Positions 42,638 through 51,703 of a DNA stretch of 64,000 nucleotides are shown piece after piece. This DNA is from Paracoccaceae bacterium (GTDB lineage: Bacteria > Pseudomonadota > Alphaproteobacteria > Rhodobacterales > Rhodobacteraceae): contig JAQWIK010000109.1 of the NCBI GenBank assembly GCA_029248915.1, positions 10,563-74,562 of the forward strand. The letters are read 5' to 3'. The notes below the pieces were generated by a model. It had not been told where the DNA came from, ran no database searches, and saw only the letters and a list, made by a program, of their open reading frames with translations. The translations under genes were made by a program, and so were the position numbers. Each line of letters starts with the position of its first letter. Position 1 is the stretch's first letter.

Positions 42638-43636
42638 ATGAATATCGTTACCAAAATGTTGTCAACCGCAGTTGGTTTGACCATGAGCGCAGGTATAGCT
42701 TTAGCCGAACCCGCTATTATTTTTGATCTTGGGGGAAAATTTGATAAATCCTTTAATGAATCTGCTTTTACTGGCGCACAACGCTGGGCAGATGAAACCG
42801 GTGGATCTTTCAGAGAAATTGAACTTCAAAACGAAGCGCAGCGAGAACAAGCTTTGCGTAGATTTGCAGAAGCGGGCGCTAACCCTATCGTAATGGCAGG
42901 CTTTGGTTTTGCTGACTCACTCGGGAAGGTTGCACCAGATTATCCAGATACAAAGTTTGCTGTTATTGATGTAAACTGGTTGAGCCTACCTAACGTAAGG
43001 GGCGTCGGGTTTAATGAGCATGAAGGGTCCTATTTGGTTGGTATGCTTGCTGCTCAAGCATCGAAGACAGGAACCGTTGGTTTTGTAGGGGGCATGGATA
43101 TCCCTCTCATCAGGCGTTTTGGATGCGGTTACGCGCAAGGCGTGAAGGCGGTTAATCCTAATGCTACTGTCATAGCCAATATGACTGGAACAACCCCTGC
43201 TGCATGGAACGATCCAGTGAAAGGTTCTGAACTTACAAAAGCTCAAATTAGCCAAGGTGCAGATGTAGTTTATGCTGCTGCAGGCGGCACTGGAGTGGGT
43301 GTTTTGCAAACAGCTGCTGATGAGGGCATTTTATCAATAGGTGTTGACGCAAACCAGAACTATCTACACCCAGGGAAAGTGTTAACTTCAATGTTAAAGC
43401 GTGTTGATAATGCTGTTTATGAGGCTTTTTCTGCTGGAGAAAATTTAGAAACAGGGAATTTTCAAATGGGTATAGCCAATGGCGGAGTGGGATATGCATT
43501 AGACGAGCATAATGCTTCGTTAGTATCTAACGCTATGAAATCTGCAGTTGATGCAGCAGCGGCTTCAATATCTAACGGATCAATGTCAGTTCATAATTAT
43601 ACCGACGATGAGTCCTGCCCAGCTATATCATTCTAG
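42638..43636 (+). CDS. BMP family (nucleoside-type) ABC transporter substrate-binding protein
   Basis: I chose ATG 42638, preceded by GGGAG, rather than GTG 42605. Signal peptide, DKSFNESA, GFVGGMDIPLIRRF and GVDANQ blocks are typical of Bmp/PnrA proteins. Confidence 0.85.
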   Translation: MNIVTKMLSTAVGLTMSAGIALAEPAIIFDLGGKFDKSFNESAFTGAQRWADETGGSFREIELQNEAQREQALRRFAEAGANPIVMAGFGFADSLGKVAPDYPDTKFAVIDVNWLSLPNVRGVGFNEHEGSYLVGMLAAQASKTGTVGFVGGMDIPLIRRFGCGYAQGVKAVNPNATVIANMTGTTPAAWNDPVKGSELTKAQISQGADVVYAAAGGTGVGVLQTAADEGILSIGVDANQNYLHPGKVLTSMLKRVDNAVYEAFSAGENLETGNFQMGIANGGVGYALDEHNASLVSNAMKSAVDAAAASISNGSMSVHNYTDDESCPAISF

Positions 43637-43660
43637 TAGAGTGTGAAAATACTTTTAAAA

Positions 43661-43686
43661 ACCGCACCATTTACGGTGCGGTTTTT
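43661..43686 (+). terminator. Rho-independent terminator/attenuator after the BMP binding-protein gene
   Basis: Stem ACCGCACC / GGTGCGGT (43661-43668 / 43675-43682), 6-nt loop, followed by TTTT. A-run upstream. Confidence 0.75.
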
Positions 43687-43705
43687 ATATTGAATTGAGA
43701 AGTAA

Positions 43706-45247
43706 ATGACTGAAAACCCAGCGATTGAATTACGGAAAATTTCTAAATCCTTCGGTCCAGTTCAAGCAAACAAGGATATTACTATCCGCGTTATGCCTGG
43801 AACCATCCATGGGATCATTGGAGAAAATGGCGCTGGAAAGTCAACATTAATGTCGATTTTATACGGTTTTTATAAGGCTGATGCAGGAGAAATTTTTGTT
43901 GATGGCAAAAAAATTTCTATACCTGATAGCCAAGCAGCAATAGCTGCAGGAATTGGAATGGTTTTCCAACATTTTAAGCTTGTTGAGAACTTCTCAGTTC
44001 TAGAAAATATTGTTCTCGGTGCAGAAAGTGGCGCTTTATTATCTCCATCTCTAAGTAAGGCCAGAACTGAACTTGCCGCGCTAGCCTCTGAATATGAGCT
44101 AAATGTAGATCCTGACGCTATTATTGAGGATATTGGGGTTGGAATGCAGCAAAGAGTAGAGATCCTCAAAGCCCTTTACCGACAGGCAAAGATTTTAATT
44201 TTGGATGAACCTACAGGTGTTTTGACTCCAGCTGAGGCTGATCAACTGTTTAGAATACTGAAGCGGCTACGTGAGGAAGGTAAGACGATTATTTTAATCA
44301 CTCATAAGCTTCGAGAAATTATGGACAGTACAGATACAGTAAGCGTAATGCGTCAGGGTGAAATGACAGCTACCTTAAAAACTAACGATACTAGTCCTGA
44401 AGATTTAGCGGAACTAATGGTGGGAAGAAAAGTTTTACTTCGCGTTGATAAAACGCCCGCGAAGCCCACTAAGCCAGTGCTTGAAATAAAAAACCTCAGT
44501 ATGGTTGATGATTTTGGCGTACAAAGATTGAAAAATATCAGCTTGACTGTAAAAGCTGGAGAAATACTTGGTATCGCCGGTGTGGCGGGCAATGGTCAAT
44601 CAGAGCTCCTAGAAGTCCTGGGCGGTTACAGCGCTGCTACAGGTGTTGTTAAGCTAAACGGATCAGAAATAGATTTGTCAACCAGTGTATCCGGCGACGG
44701 GCAAGCAAGACGCGCACTGGGAATAGCGCACGTACCCGAGGATAGACAACGCGAGGGTCTAATAATGGACTTCATGGCGTGGGAAAATGCAGTTTTTGGT
44801 TATCACCGTGATAAATCCAACCAAGCTAACCGATTTTTTATGGATAATAATGCAATTCGAAAAGAGACCGAAGAAAAAATGAAGCGGTTCGATGTTCGGC
44901 CTCCTAACCCAAAACTAACCGCAAAAAATTTTTCAGGCGGAAATCAACAAAAAATAGTTTTGGCCCGTGAGATTGAGCGCAATCCAAATTTACTGCTTGT
45001 CGGCCAACCAACGCGCGGAGTTGATATTGGTGCCATTGAATTTATACATCAACAGATTGTTGCGTTGCGCGACCAAGGAAAAGCTATTTTGCTTATATCC
45101 GTCGAGTTAGATGAAATTTTATCACTTTCAGACAGAATGGTTGTGATGTTCGATGGAAAGATTATGGGAGAGAGACAGCCTGCAAATACGAATGAAAAAG
45201 AACTTGGACTTTTGATGGCTGGTGTTTCTGAGAAAGCAGCTCAATGA
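43706..45247 (+). CDS. ABC transporter ATP-binding protein, duplicated NBD (nucleoside/sugar type)
   Basis: 513 aa. Walker A GENGAGKST, signature MQQRVEI, Walker B ILILDEPT and a degenerate second NBD (FSGGNQQK, LLLVGQPTRGVD). Confidence 0.9.
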   Translation: MTENPAIELRKISKSFGPVQANKDITIRVMPGTIHGIIGENGAGKSTLMSILYGFYKADAGEIFVDGKKISIPDSQAAIAAGIGMVFQHFKLVENFSVLENIVLGAESGALLSPSLSKARTELAALASEYELNVDPDAIIEDIGVGMQQRVEILKALYRQAKILILDEPTGVLTPAEADQLFRILKRLREEGKTIILITHKLREIMDSTDTVSVMRQGEMTATLKTNDTSPEDLAELMVGRKVLLRVDKTPAKPTKPVLEIKNLSMVDDFGVQRLKNISLTVKAGEILGIAGVAGNGQSELLEVLGGYSAATGVVKLNGSEIDLSTSVSGDGQARRALGIAHVPEDRQREGLIMDFMAWENAVFGYHRDKSNQANRFFMDNNAIRKETEEKMKRFDVRPPNPKLTAKNFSGGNQQKIVLAREIERNPNLLLVGQPTRGVDIGAIEFIHQQIVALRDQGKAILLISVELDEILSLSDRMVVMFDGKIMGERQPANTNEKELGLLMAGVSEKAAQ

Positions 45248-45281
45248 TGTGTTTAAATCGTGCAAATGACTTTATTGGAGC

Positions 45282-46385
45282 ATGCAAATGGATATAATGC
45301 CAAAATGGGTAGATATAATTGTTGTTCCGTTAATTTCTGTATTTCTAGCAGCCTTTTTATCTGCATTACTAATTCTAGCGATCGGTGAAAGCCCAATAGC
45401 CGCTTTAAATCTTATGATTGAAGGTACATTATTTCGATCTGCTGGTTGGGGATATATGCTTTATTACACTACGAATTTTATTTTTACTGGTCTTGCTGTT
45501 TCAGTGGCCTTTCATGCTGCACTTTTTAATATTGGAGGAGAAGGTCAAGCTATGATCGGGGGATTAGGAGTAGCACTTGTTTGCCTGTTCATTCCGTGGC
45601 CTCATTGGACATTAGCTATAATTGGCGCTTCAGTTGCAGCCGCTCTTTTTGGTATGATTTGGGCAGGTTTGCCGGCTTATCTCCAGGCAAAAAGAGGAAG
45701 CCATATTGTAATCACCACGATTATGTTTAATTTCATCGCAGCAGGTGTGCTCAATTTCTTCTTGGTAGATGTTTTAAAGCCCAAAGGAAGTATGGATCCT
45801 GCTTCAGCAAATTTTCCAGCAACCACTCACCTCCCCACCTTCCAAGATCTAGCAAGCTTATTCGGCTTTGAGAAAGCATTTAGATCTGCTCCTGCAAATG
45901 TTAGTTTTTTTATTGCGCTTTTGGCATGTGTGGCCGTTTGGTATCTGATTTGGCGCTCTCCATTAGGATACGAAATTAGAGCTTTAGGAAAATCCGGGCC
46001 AGCCGCGCGCTATGCAGGTGTTAGACCGGTCAAAATAATAATGATAGCGATGATGATCTCTGGTGCACTATGTGGAATGATGGCAATCAATACTACACAA
46101 GGGGAAAGTGAACGTCTTATTTTGAACTTCACGGAAGGCGCTGGTTTTATAGGCATCGCAGTTGCTCTAATGGGACGCAGTCATCCGTTTGGAGTTTTAA
46201 TGGCAGCATTATTATTCGGATTTCTATACCAAGGTGGTGCAGAATTAGCCCTATGGACAAAAATACCACGTGAGCTGATCGTAGTCATCCAAGCCTTAGT
46301 AATACTGTTTACTGGCGCCCTCAGTTTGATGGTGAGAGCTCCCCTTGAAAGCTTTTTCATGTCTTTGCAAAAGGCTAAAGGATGA
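45282..46385 (+). CDS. ABC transporter permease (BMP system)
   Basis: 367 aa polytopic protein. FNIGGEGQ block is typical of this permease family. Confidence 0.85.
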   Translation: MQMDIMPKWVDIIVVPLISVFLAAFLSALLILAIGESPIAALNLMIEGTLFRSAGWGYMLYYTTNFIFTGLAVSVAFHAALFNIGGEGQAMIGGLGVALVCLFIPWPHWTLAIIGASVAAALFGMIWAGLPAYLQAKRGSHIVITTIMFNFIAAGVLNFFLVDVLKPKGSMDPASANFPATTHLPTFQDLASLFGFEKAFRSAPANVSFFIALLACVAVWYLIWRSPLGYEIRALGKSGPAARYAGVRPVKIIMIAMMISGALCGMMAINTTQGESERLILNFTEGAGFIGIAVALMGRSHPFGVLMAALLFGFLYQGGAELALWTKIPRELIVVIQALVILFTGALSLMVRAPLESFFMSLQKAKG

Positions 46386-47524
46386 TTGACTTTTTAACCC
46401 TTCTTCAAGTTTTAGATAGCTCACTGCGCCTTGCAACTCCGTTATTGTTAGTTTGCCTGGCTGGATTATTTTCAGAACGCGCAGGTATTTTTGATATCGG
46501 ACTTGAGGGAAAGCTTTTAGCCGCTGCATTTGTTTCTGCAGCTTTTGCATCAATAACAGGATCCGTTTGGTTAGGTCTTTTGGCAGGCATTTTAGCATCA
46601 ATTATGTTATCACTTCTTCATGGGTTAGCGTCGATAACACTCCGCGGAGATCAAATAATATCAGGAGTTGCCATAAACTTTTTAGCAGCAGGTCTTACTG
46701 TGGTAATAGCACAAGATTTGTTTGGGCAAGGGGGACGAACACCGCCATTAAAGTCTGGTGGTAGGTTCGAGCCAATAAATTTTCCAGGTACCACTTCATC
46801 GAAAGAAATCAGTGACGCAGGCCCGTTGATGCAACTCTATTCAGAACTTTTTTCTGGACATTCTCTTCTTGTTTACATCGCCCTTTTGACGGTACCAATT
46901 TCATGGTTTTTACTTTACAAAACGCGGTATGGCCTCCGATTACGGGCTGTTGGGGAAAATCCCGCTGCGGTTGATACAGCAGGCATATCAGTTATCGGCT
47001 TGCGCTATAGTGCAGTTGTTATTGGAGGGGTTTTGTGCGGTATTGCCGGAGCATATATTGCAACCTCCCTGCAAGCAAATTTTACAAAAGATATGTCGGC
47101 AGGCCGTGGGTTTATTGCGCTGGCTGCCTTAATTTTTGCTAAGTGGCGACCATGGTACGCACTAGGAGCATGTTTGTTATTCGGATTTTTCTTTGCTGTG
47201 GATACTCGATTTCAAAATATATTACTGCCCGCTTGGGCTTTAAGTGGGTTTTTAATTTTTATTGCTCTAGGTCTGATGAGTTATGTTTGGAAAAAGGATC
47301 TTTTGGACAAAGTAGTTCTTGGAGGTTTAGCCCTTGGAATTTCAGCTATCGCCATTATGGTGATTTCTTCTGTTTGGAATAGCGGTATTAGTAACCAAAT
47401 AAAAATTCCCGTCGTTTTCATACAGTCATTACCTTATATCCTAACCGTAGTTGTGTTGGCCGGTTTTGTAGGCAAAGCAATTCCTCCCAGGGCTGGTGGA
47501 CAACCATATGTTAAAGAGCGCTAA
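46382..47524 (+). CDS. ABC transporter permease (BMP system), with extra hydrophobic insert
   Basis: 380 aa. GIFDIGLEGK, RLRAVGENP and C-terminal GKAIPPRAGGQPYVKER blocks. ATGA overlap with the upstream permease. Confidence 0.85.
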   Translation: MIDFLTLLQVLDSSLRLATPLLLVCLAGLFSERAGIFDIGLEGKLLAAAFVSAAFASITGSVWLGLLAGILASIMLSLLHGLASITLRGDQIISGVAINFLAAGLTVVIAQDLFGQGGRTPPLKSGGRFEPINFPGTTSSKEISDAGPLMQLYSELFSGHSLLVYIALLTVPISWFLLYKTRYGLRLRAVGENPAAVDTAGISVIGLRYSAVVIGGVLCGIAGAYIATSLQANFTKDMSAGRGFIALAALIFAKWRPWYALGACLLFGFFFAVDTRFQNILLPAWALSGFLIFIALGLMSYVWKKDLLDKVVLGGLALGISAIAIMVISSVWNSGISNQIKIPVVFIQSLPYILTVVVLAGFVGKAIPPRAGGQPYVKER

Positions 47525-47588
47525 CGATACTTAGTTTCAGACTATTCTAGCTGTTGCAAATGCCAAATAATTCTGTCTAAAGACGGCC

Positions 47589-48509
47589 ATGCAAATTTAT
47601 CTTCCAATAGCTGAAGTTTCAGTGAACGCTTTCCTTTTACTTGGCTTAGGTGGAGTGGTTGGTATTCTCTCCGGAATGTTTGGTGTTGGTGGTGGTTTCT
47701 TAATGACGCCGCTTCTGTTCTTTATTGGCATTCCCCCAGCTGTTGCAGTTGCAACAGAAGCAAATCAGATAGTTGCGTCCTCATTTTCAGGAGCATTGGC
47801 TCATTTAAAACGTAAAACTGTTGATTTAAAAATGGGTTTAATTCTTCTGATTGGTGGTCTTTTGGGGGCTGGAATTGGATTGATTATTTTTAATTATCTT
47901 AAAAGCCTTGGCCAAGTCGATTTACTTGTAAAACTTTGCTATGTTGCTTTCTTAGGTATTATTGGCAGTTTGATGTTTATAGAAAGCTTGCGGGCAATTT
48001 TAAAAACGCAGAGCGGTTTAATACCAAAAAAAGTTCGCAGACCAAGAAGTTTGGCACAACAATTACCCTTTAAAATGCGTTTCAGAACCTCAGGGCTATA
48101 CATTTCCGTAATACCACCAATATTGGTCGGTCTCTTAGTAGGGATCTTATCAGCAATAATGGGTGTTGGTGGTGGGTTTATTATGGTGCCAGCTATGATT
48201 TACATACTTGGCATGCCGACAAAAGTTGTAGTAGGAACATCACTTTTTCAAATTATTTTTGTTACAGGTTTTACAACCATATTGCATGCAACAACAAATT
48301 ACACAGTTGATATAGCTTTGGCTGTTCTTTTACTTTTGGGAGGTGTAATTGGTGCTCAATTCGGTAGCCAGTTTGGAACACGTTTACGGGCTGAACAGTT
48401 GCGAATTCTATTAGCATTAATGGTTATTGCTGTTTGCTTAAAAATTGCCCTCGACTTGTTGATTATGCCAACTGAACTGTACTCAATCAGCAATGCGAGT
48501 ATGCACTAA
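47589..48509 (+). CDS. TSUP (TauE/SafE) family anion exporter
   Basis: 306 aa. Two internal repeats, each with the GVGGGF(L/I)M(T/V)P motif. Confidence 0.8.
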   Translation: MQIYLPIAEVSVNAFLLLGLGGVVGILSGMFGVGGGFLMTPLLFFIGIPPAVAVATEANQIVASSFSGALAHLKRKTVDLKMGLILLIGGLLGAGIGLIIFNYLKSLGQVDLLVKLCYVAFLGIIGSLMFIESLRAILKTQSGLIPKKVRRPRSLAQQLPFKMRFRTSGLYISVIPPILVGLLVGILSAIMGVGGGFIMVPAMIYILGMPTKVVVGTSLFQIIFVTGFTTILHATTNYTVDIALAVLLLLGGVIGAQFGSQFGTRLRAEQLRILLALMVIAVCLKIALDLLIMPTELYSISNASMH

Positions 48510-49264
48510 TGTTGAGGCTATTTTTATTATTTTTGATATCAACTTCATCTGCCATAGCAGAAAGTGTTGTCATTGGAATGGACAAAGAAAAAGTTGCTAT
48601 TACTGCAACATTTGATGGATCCCAAATTTTATTGTTTGGTGCGGTTAAAAGAGATAAACCAGCTCCCATCGGTGATATTCAGGTTGTTGTTACTATAGCA
48701 GGACCATCCGAACCAATTTCAGTTCATAGAAAATCAAAAGTTTTAGGAATTTGGATGAACACTGATACTGTAGAAGTAGATGCTGCACCAAGCTTCTATG
48801 CTGTTGCTACAAGTTCAGGTTTTTCATCAACTATAAATGATACTGAAGACCTAAGATATAAAGTTTCTATACCTCGCGCAATTAGATCTGTTGGTGCACC
48901 AATGGATGTTTTAGATGCAGCTTCGTTTTCAGACGCAGTGATACGCATCAGAAGTGAAAAAGGGTTATATCAACTGCTTGAGAACAAGGTTAATATTGAC
49001 GAACAAACCTTATTTCGGACGTCTATAGACATGCCTGCAGATATATCTGACGGTGACTATACCGCGCGCATTCTCCTAACAAGGAATGGAAATGTAGTTG
49101 ATGAGTTTACTACAATAATTGACGTTAGAAAAGTTGGTTTAGAACGTTTCTTATTTAATATGTCTCGAGAAAACCCTCTGGCATATGGTTTAATGTCAAT
49201 TGCAATTGCTATATTTGCCGGATGGGCGGCCTCATTACTATTTAGATTTTTTAGGACTACCTAG
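48509..49264 (+). CDS. Alphaproteobacterial membrane-anchored protein, TIGR02186/Alph_Pro_TM-like
   Basis: 251 aa. Signal peptide plus a single C-terminal TM helix. TAATG overlap with the TSUP gene. The family assignment is from memory of this conserved gene pair. Confidence 0.5.
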   Translation: MLRLFLLFLISTSSAIAESVVIGMDKEKVAITATFDGSQILLFGAVKRDKPAPIGDIQVVVTIAGPSEPISVHRKSKVLGIWMNTDTVEVDAAPSFYAVATSSGFSSTINDTEDLRYKVSIPRAIRSVGAPMDVLDAASFSDAVIRIRSEKGLYQLLENKVNIDEQTLFRTSIDMPADISDGDYTARILLTRNGNVVDEFTTIIDVRKVGLERFLFNMSRENPLAYGLMSIAIAIFAGWAASLLFRFFRTT

Positions 49265-50028
49265 CGTGGCGCCATTCTAATGGCACCATCTAAACGTATT
49301 ACCTCTCCATTCAACATATCGTTCTCAATAATCTGCACTACTAACTTGGCAAATTCCGTTGGTTTTCCTAATCGTGATGGAAATGGAACCTGTTTTCCCA
49401 AGGATTCTTGAACTTCTTCAGGCAGGCTTTCCAAGAGTGGTGTCAAAAATAATCCTGGTGCTATCGAACAGACACGAATGCCTTTATCCGAAAGATCCCT
49501 TGCCATAGGAAGTGTCATTCCTACGATACCACCTTTAGAAGCTGAATAAGCAACCTGACCTATCTGCCCATCATAAGCCGCAACTGATGCTGTATTTACT
49601 ATAACACCCCGAAAACCATCCTCCGAATACGCCCTATTTTTGACCATTTCAGCCGCACATATAGAAGCTACGTTGAAGGAGCCAATCAGATTAATGTTAA
49701 TCACTTTTGCAAATAGTTCACTTGAATGAGGTTCACCTCGTGAAACAGTTTTTGCTGCTGGACCTATTCCAGCACAATTTACAACAATCTGAATTCCATC
49801 ATTTTTCTTCAAAAAAGATAAAACCGCTTGGTTTACTGAATTTGTATCTGTTACATCAACCTTGTAAAAATCCGAATTTATTTCCTCCGAAACTGCTAAA
49901 CCTTTATTTTCATCTAAATCAAAAATAGCTACATTTGCACCCATGGAAGAAAGCGAACGCGCTGTTGCTTCACCCAGCCCGGAGGCACCTCCAGTAACTA
50001 CAGCTGATATTTTTTCATTTATTTCCAT
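49261..50028 (-). CDS. SDR family 3-hydroxyacyl-CoA dehydrogenase (HSD17B10-like)
   Basis: 255 aa. TGGASGLG, NCAG and catalytic YSASKGG. The C-terminal RLDGAIRMAPR is typical of type-2 hydroxyacyl-CoA dehydrogenases. Confidence 0.8.
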   Translation of the reverse strand: MEINEKISAVVTGGASGLGEATARSLSSMGANVAIFDLDENKGLAVSEEINSDFYKVDVTDTNSVNQAVLSFLKKNDGIQIVVNCAGIGPAAKTVSRGEPHSSELFAKVININLIGSFNVASICAAEMVKNRAYSEDGFRGVIVNTASVAAYDGQIGQVAYSASKGGIVGMTLPMARDLSDKGIRVCSIAPGLFLTPLLESLPEEVQESLGKQVPFPSRLGKPTEFAKLVVQIIENDMLNGEVIRLDGAIRMAPR

Positions 50029-50131
50029 TGATCACCTCACCATATTTTCTATTTTACTATACAAATTATTTCTTTTGGCTAAATTTTAAATGCGTTAAAT
50101 AATTTTTAAATATTGGCGTCAGGATAAACAA

Positions 50132-50566
50132 ATGACACAAAACAAACAACTTTTCAGAGAAGAGTTCCCTACCTTTGTCGAGATGCCAACTAGATGGATA
50201 GATAATGACGCCTATGGTCATATGAATAATATTGTCCACTATGCACTAATAGACACAGCTGTTACTGACTGGCAAAGAAACCGCGGGTTCTTTAGTGACG
50301 AACATAAATGTTTAGAATTTATGGTAGTAGAAAGTGGTTGTCGCTATTTTTCGGAAGCTGCATACCCAGATAAAATAGCAGTTGGCTTAAGAATAAAAAA
50401 AATTGGTAATACATCATGGGTATATCAAGCAGGGCTTTTTCGAGAAGAAGATGAACTGTGTTTTGCCCTCGGTTTTTTTGCCCAGGTTCTCGTAGACTGT
50501 GAAAAACGAAGGCCCGCACCTATTCCCAAGAAAATGCATGACGCATTAAAGTTGATAGAAATTTAA
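50132..50566 (+). CDS. Hotdog-fold acyl-CoA thioesterase (4HBT/YbgC-like)
   Basis: 144 aa. RWIDNDAYGHMNN matches the family pattern with the catalytic Asp in D-x-x-G-H-V-x-N. Confidence 0.7.
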   Translation: MTQNKQLFREEFPTFVEMPTRWIDNDAYGHMNNIVHYALIDTAVTDWQRNRGFFSDEHKCLEFMVVESGCRYFSEAAYPDKIAVGLRIKKIGNTSWVYQAGLFREEDELCFALGFFAQVLVDCEKRRPAPIPKKMHDALKLIEI

Positions 50567-50610
50567 TTTGACGCCCATAAAATGCAAAGGATAGTTATTA
50601 TTAAATAAGT

Positions 50611-51696
50611 TCAGAAATTGACCACTTGTCCAGTTTCAGCAGAGGCCTGGGCTGCATGCCCCATCCTTACAGCCCAAATTCCGTCGTCCAGAGTGACCTC
50701 TGGAGGCATTTTCCCATCCACCACGAGCATAAATTTTTGATGTTGATAAAAGGTAGAACCATTATGATCTCCTGCCTCTAATATCTTCTTATCTACGGGC
50801 ACCTCCATCTCTTTTAAAATAGATTTATCTCTAGGACTAACCACTATTTTTGATATTGGAGGAGCACCAAGTTTTTTAGGCCAAAACCTAGCAGGTCCTG
50901 GGATAAAAGCCTCAACTTTGCCAGCCTCTCCAGTGATTGATATCTCTTCTTGATACTTTGAACCTTCTGCAAACATACAGAGTTCCAGCATTGCCTTCAT
51001 ATTATTTTCAAACTCAACAATGACATATCCGTGATCCCAAATATCTGGTACCGAACCAGAGTAATCTTCCTTCAGGTGGTTAACGGCCTGCCCTCCACTT
51101 GCCATTATCTTAATTGGGTTAGACTTTGTAATTAACCTCATCAAATCAAAAAAATGACAGCATTTTTCAACAAATGTCCCTCCACTATTTTTATTAAATC
51201 TGTTCCAATTATCAACTTTAGGAAGAAAGGGAAATCTATGTTCACGGATGGAAAGCATTTTGATACCACCAGTTACATTTTTTTGCTGCCTGATTAGTTC
51301 TGCTATGGGTGGCATATATCGATATTCCATAGCCACCCAAACCGGTGCTGTGTATTGAACTAAAAAGTTTTGTACTCTCTCCAAGTGATTGATGTCAGTA
51401 AACAAAGGTTTTTCCACTAAAATTGGCTTATGAGGTACACTAGCCAATCGTTCCAATTGTTCCATGTGAAGATGATTTGGCGAAACTATTAACCAGCAAT
51501 CAATGTTTTCATCACTTAAAATTTCATCCAGAGAATCATAAAACTTGGACTCTGGAGCAAGTGCTTTTGCCATCTTCTGCATATTTAAATTAGGTTCATA
51601 AACAGCATAAGTTAAAGCATCATCTATTAAATTTATATTGCGAAGATGCTCTTGCCCCATCATTCCACAACCAATAATTCCATACCTTTTTTTCAT
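50611..51696 (-). CDS. Gfo/Idh/MocA family NAD(P)-dependent oxidoreductase
   Basis: I chose ATG 51696 (MKKRYGIIGCGMMGQEH), preceded by AGGAG that overlaps the gntR stop. Rossmann GxGxxG, VEKP motif and the GGTFVEKCCHFFD block are present. Confidence 0.8.
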   Translation of the reverse strand: MKKRYGIIGCGMMGQEHLRNINLIDDALTYAVYEPNLNMQKMAKALAPESKFYDSLDEILSDENIDCWLIVSPNHLHMEQLERLASVPHKPILVEKPLFTDINHLERVQNFLVQYTAPVWVAMEYRYMPPIAELIRQQKNVTGGIKMLSIREHRFPFLPKVDNWNRFNKNSGGTFVEKCCHFFDLMRLITKSNPIKIMASGGQAVNHLKEDYSGSVPDIWDHGYVIVEFENNMKAMLELCMFAEGSKYQEEISITGEAGKVEAFIPGPARFWPKKLGAPPISKIVVSPRDKSILKEMEVPVDKKILEAGDHNGSTFYQHQKFMLVVDGKMPPEVTLDDGIWAVRMGHAAQASAETGQVVNF

Positions 51697-51703
51697 AATG
51701 CTC

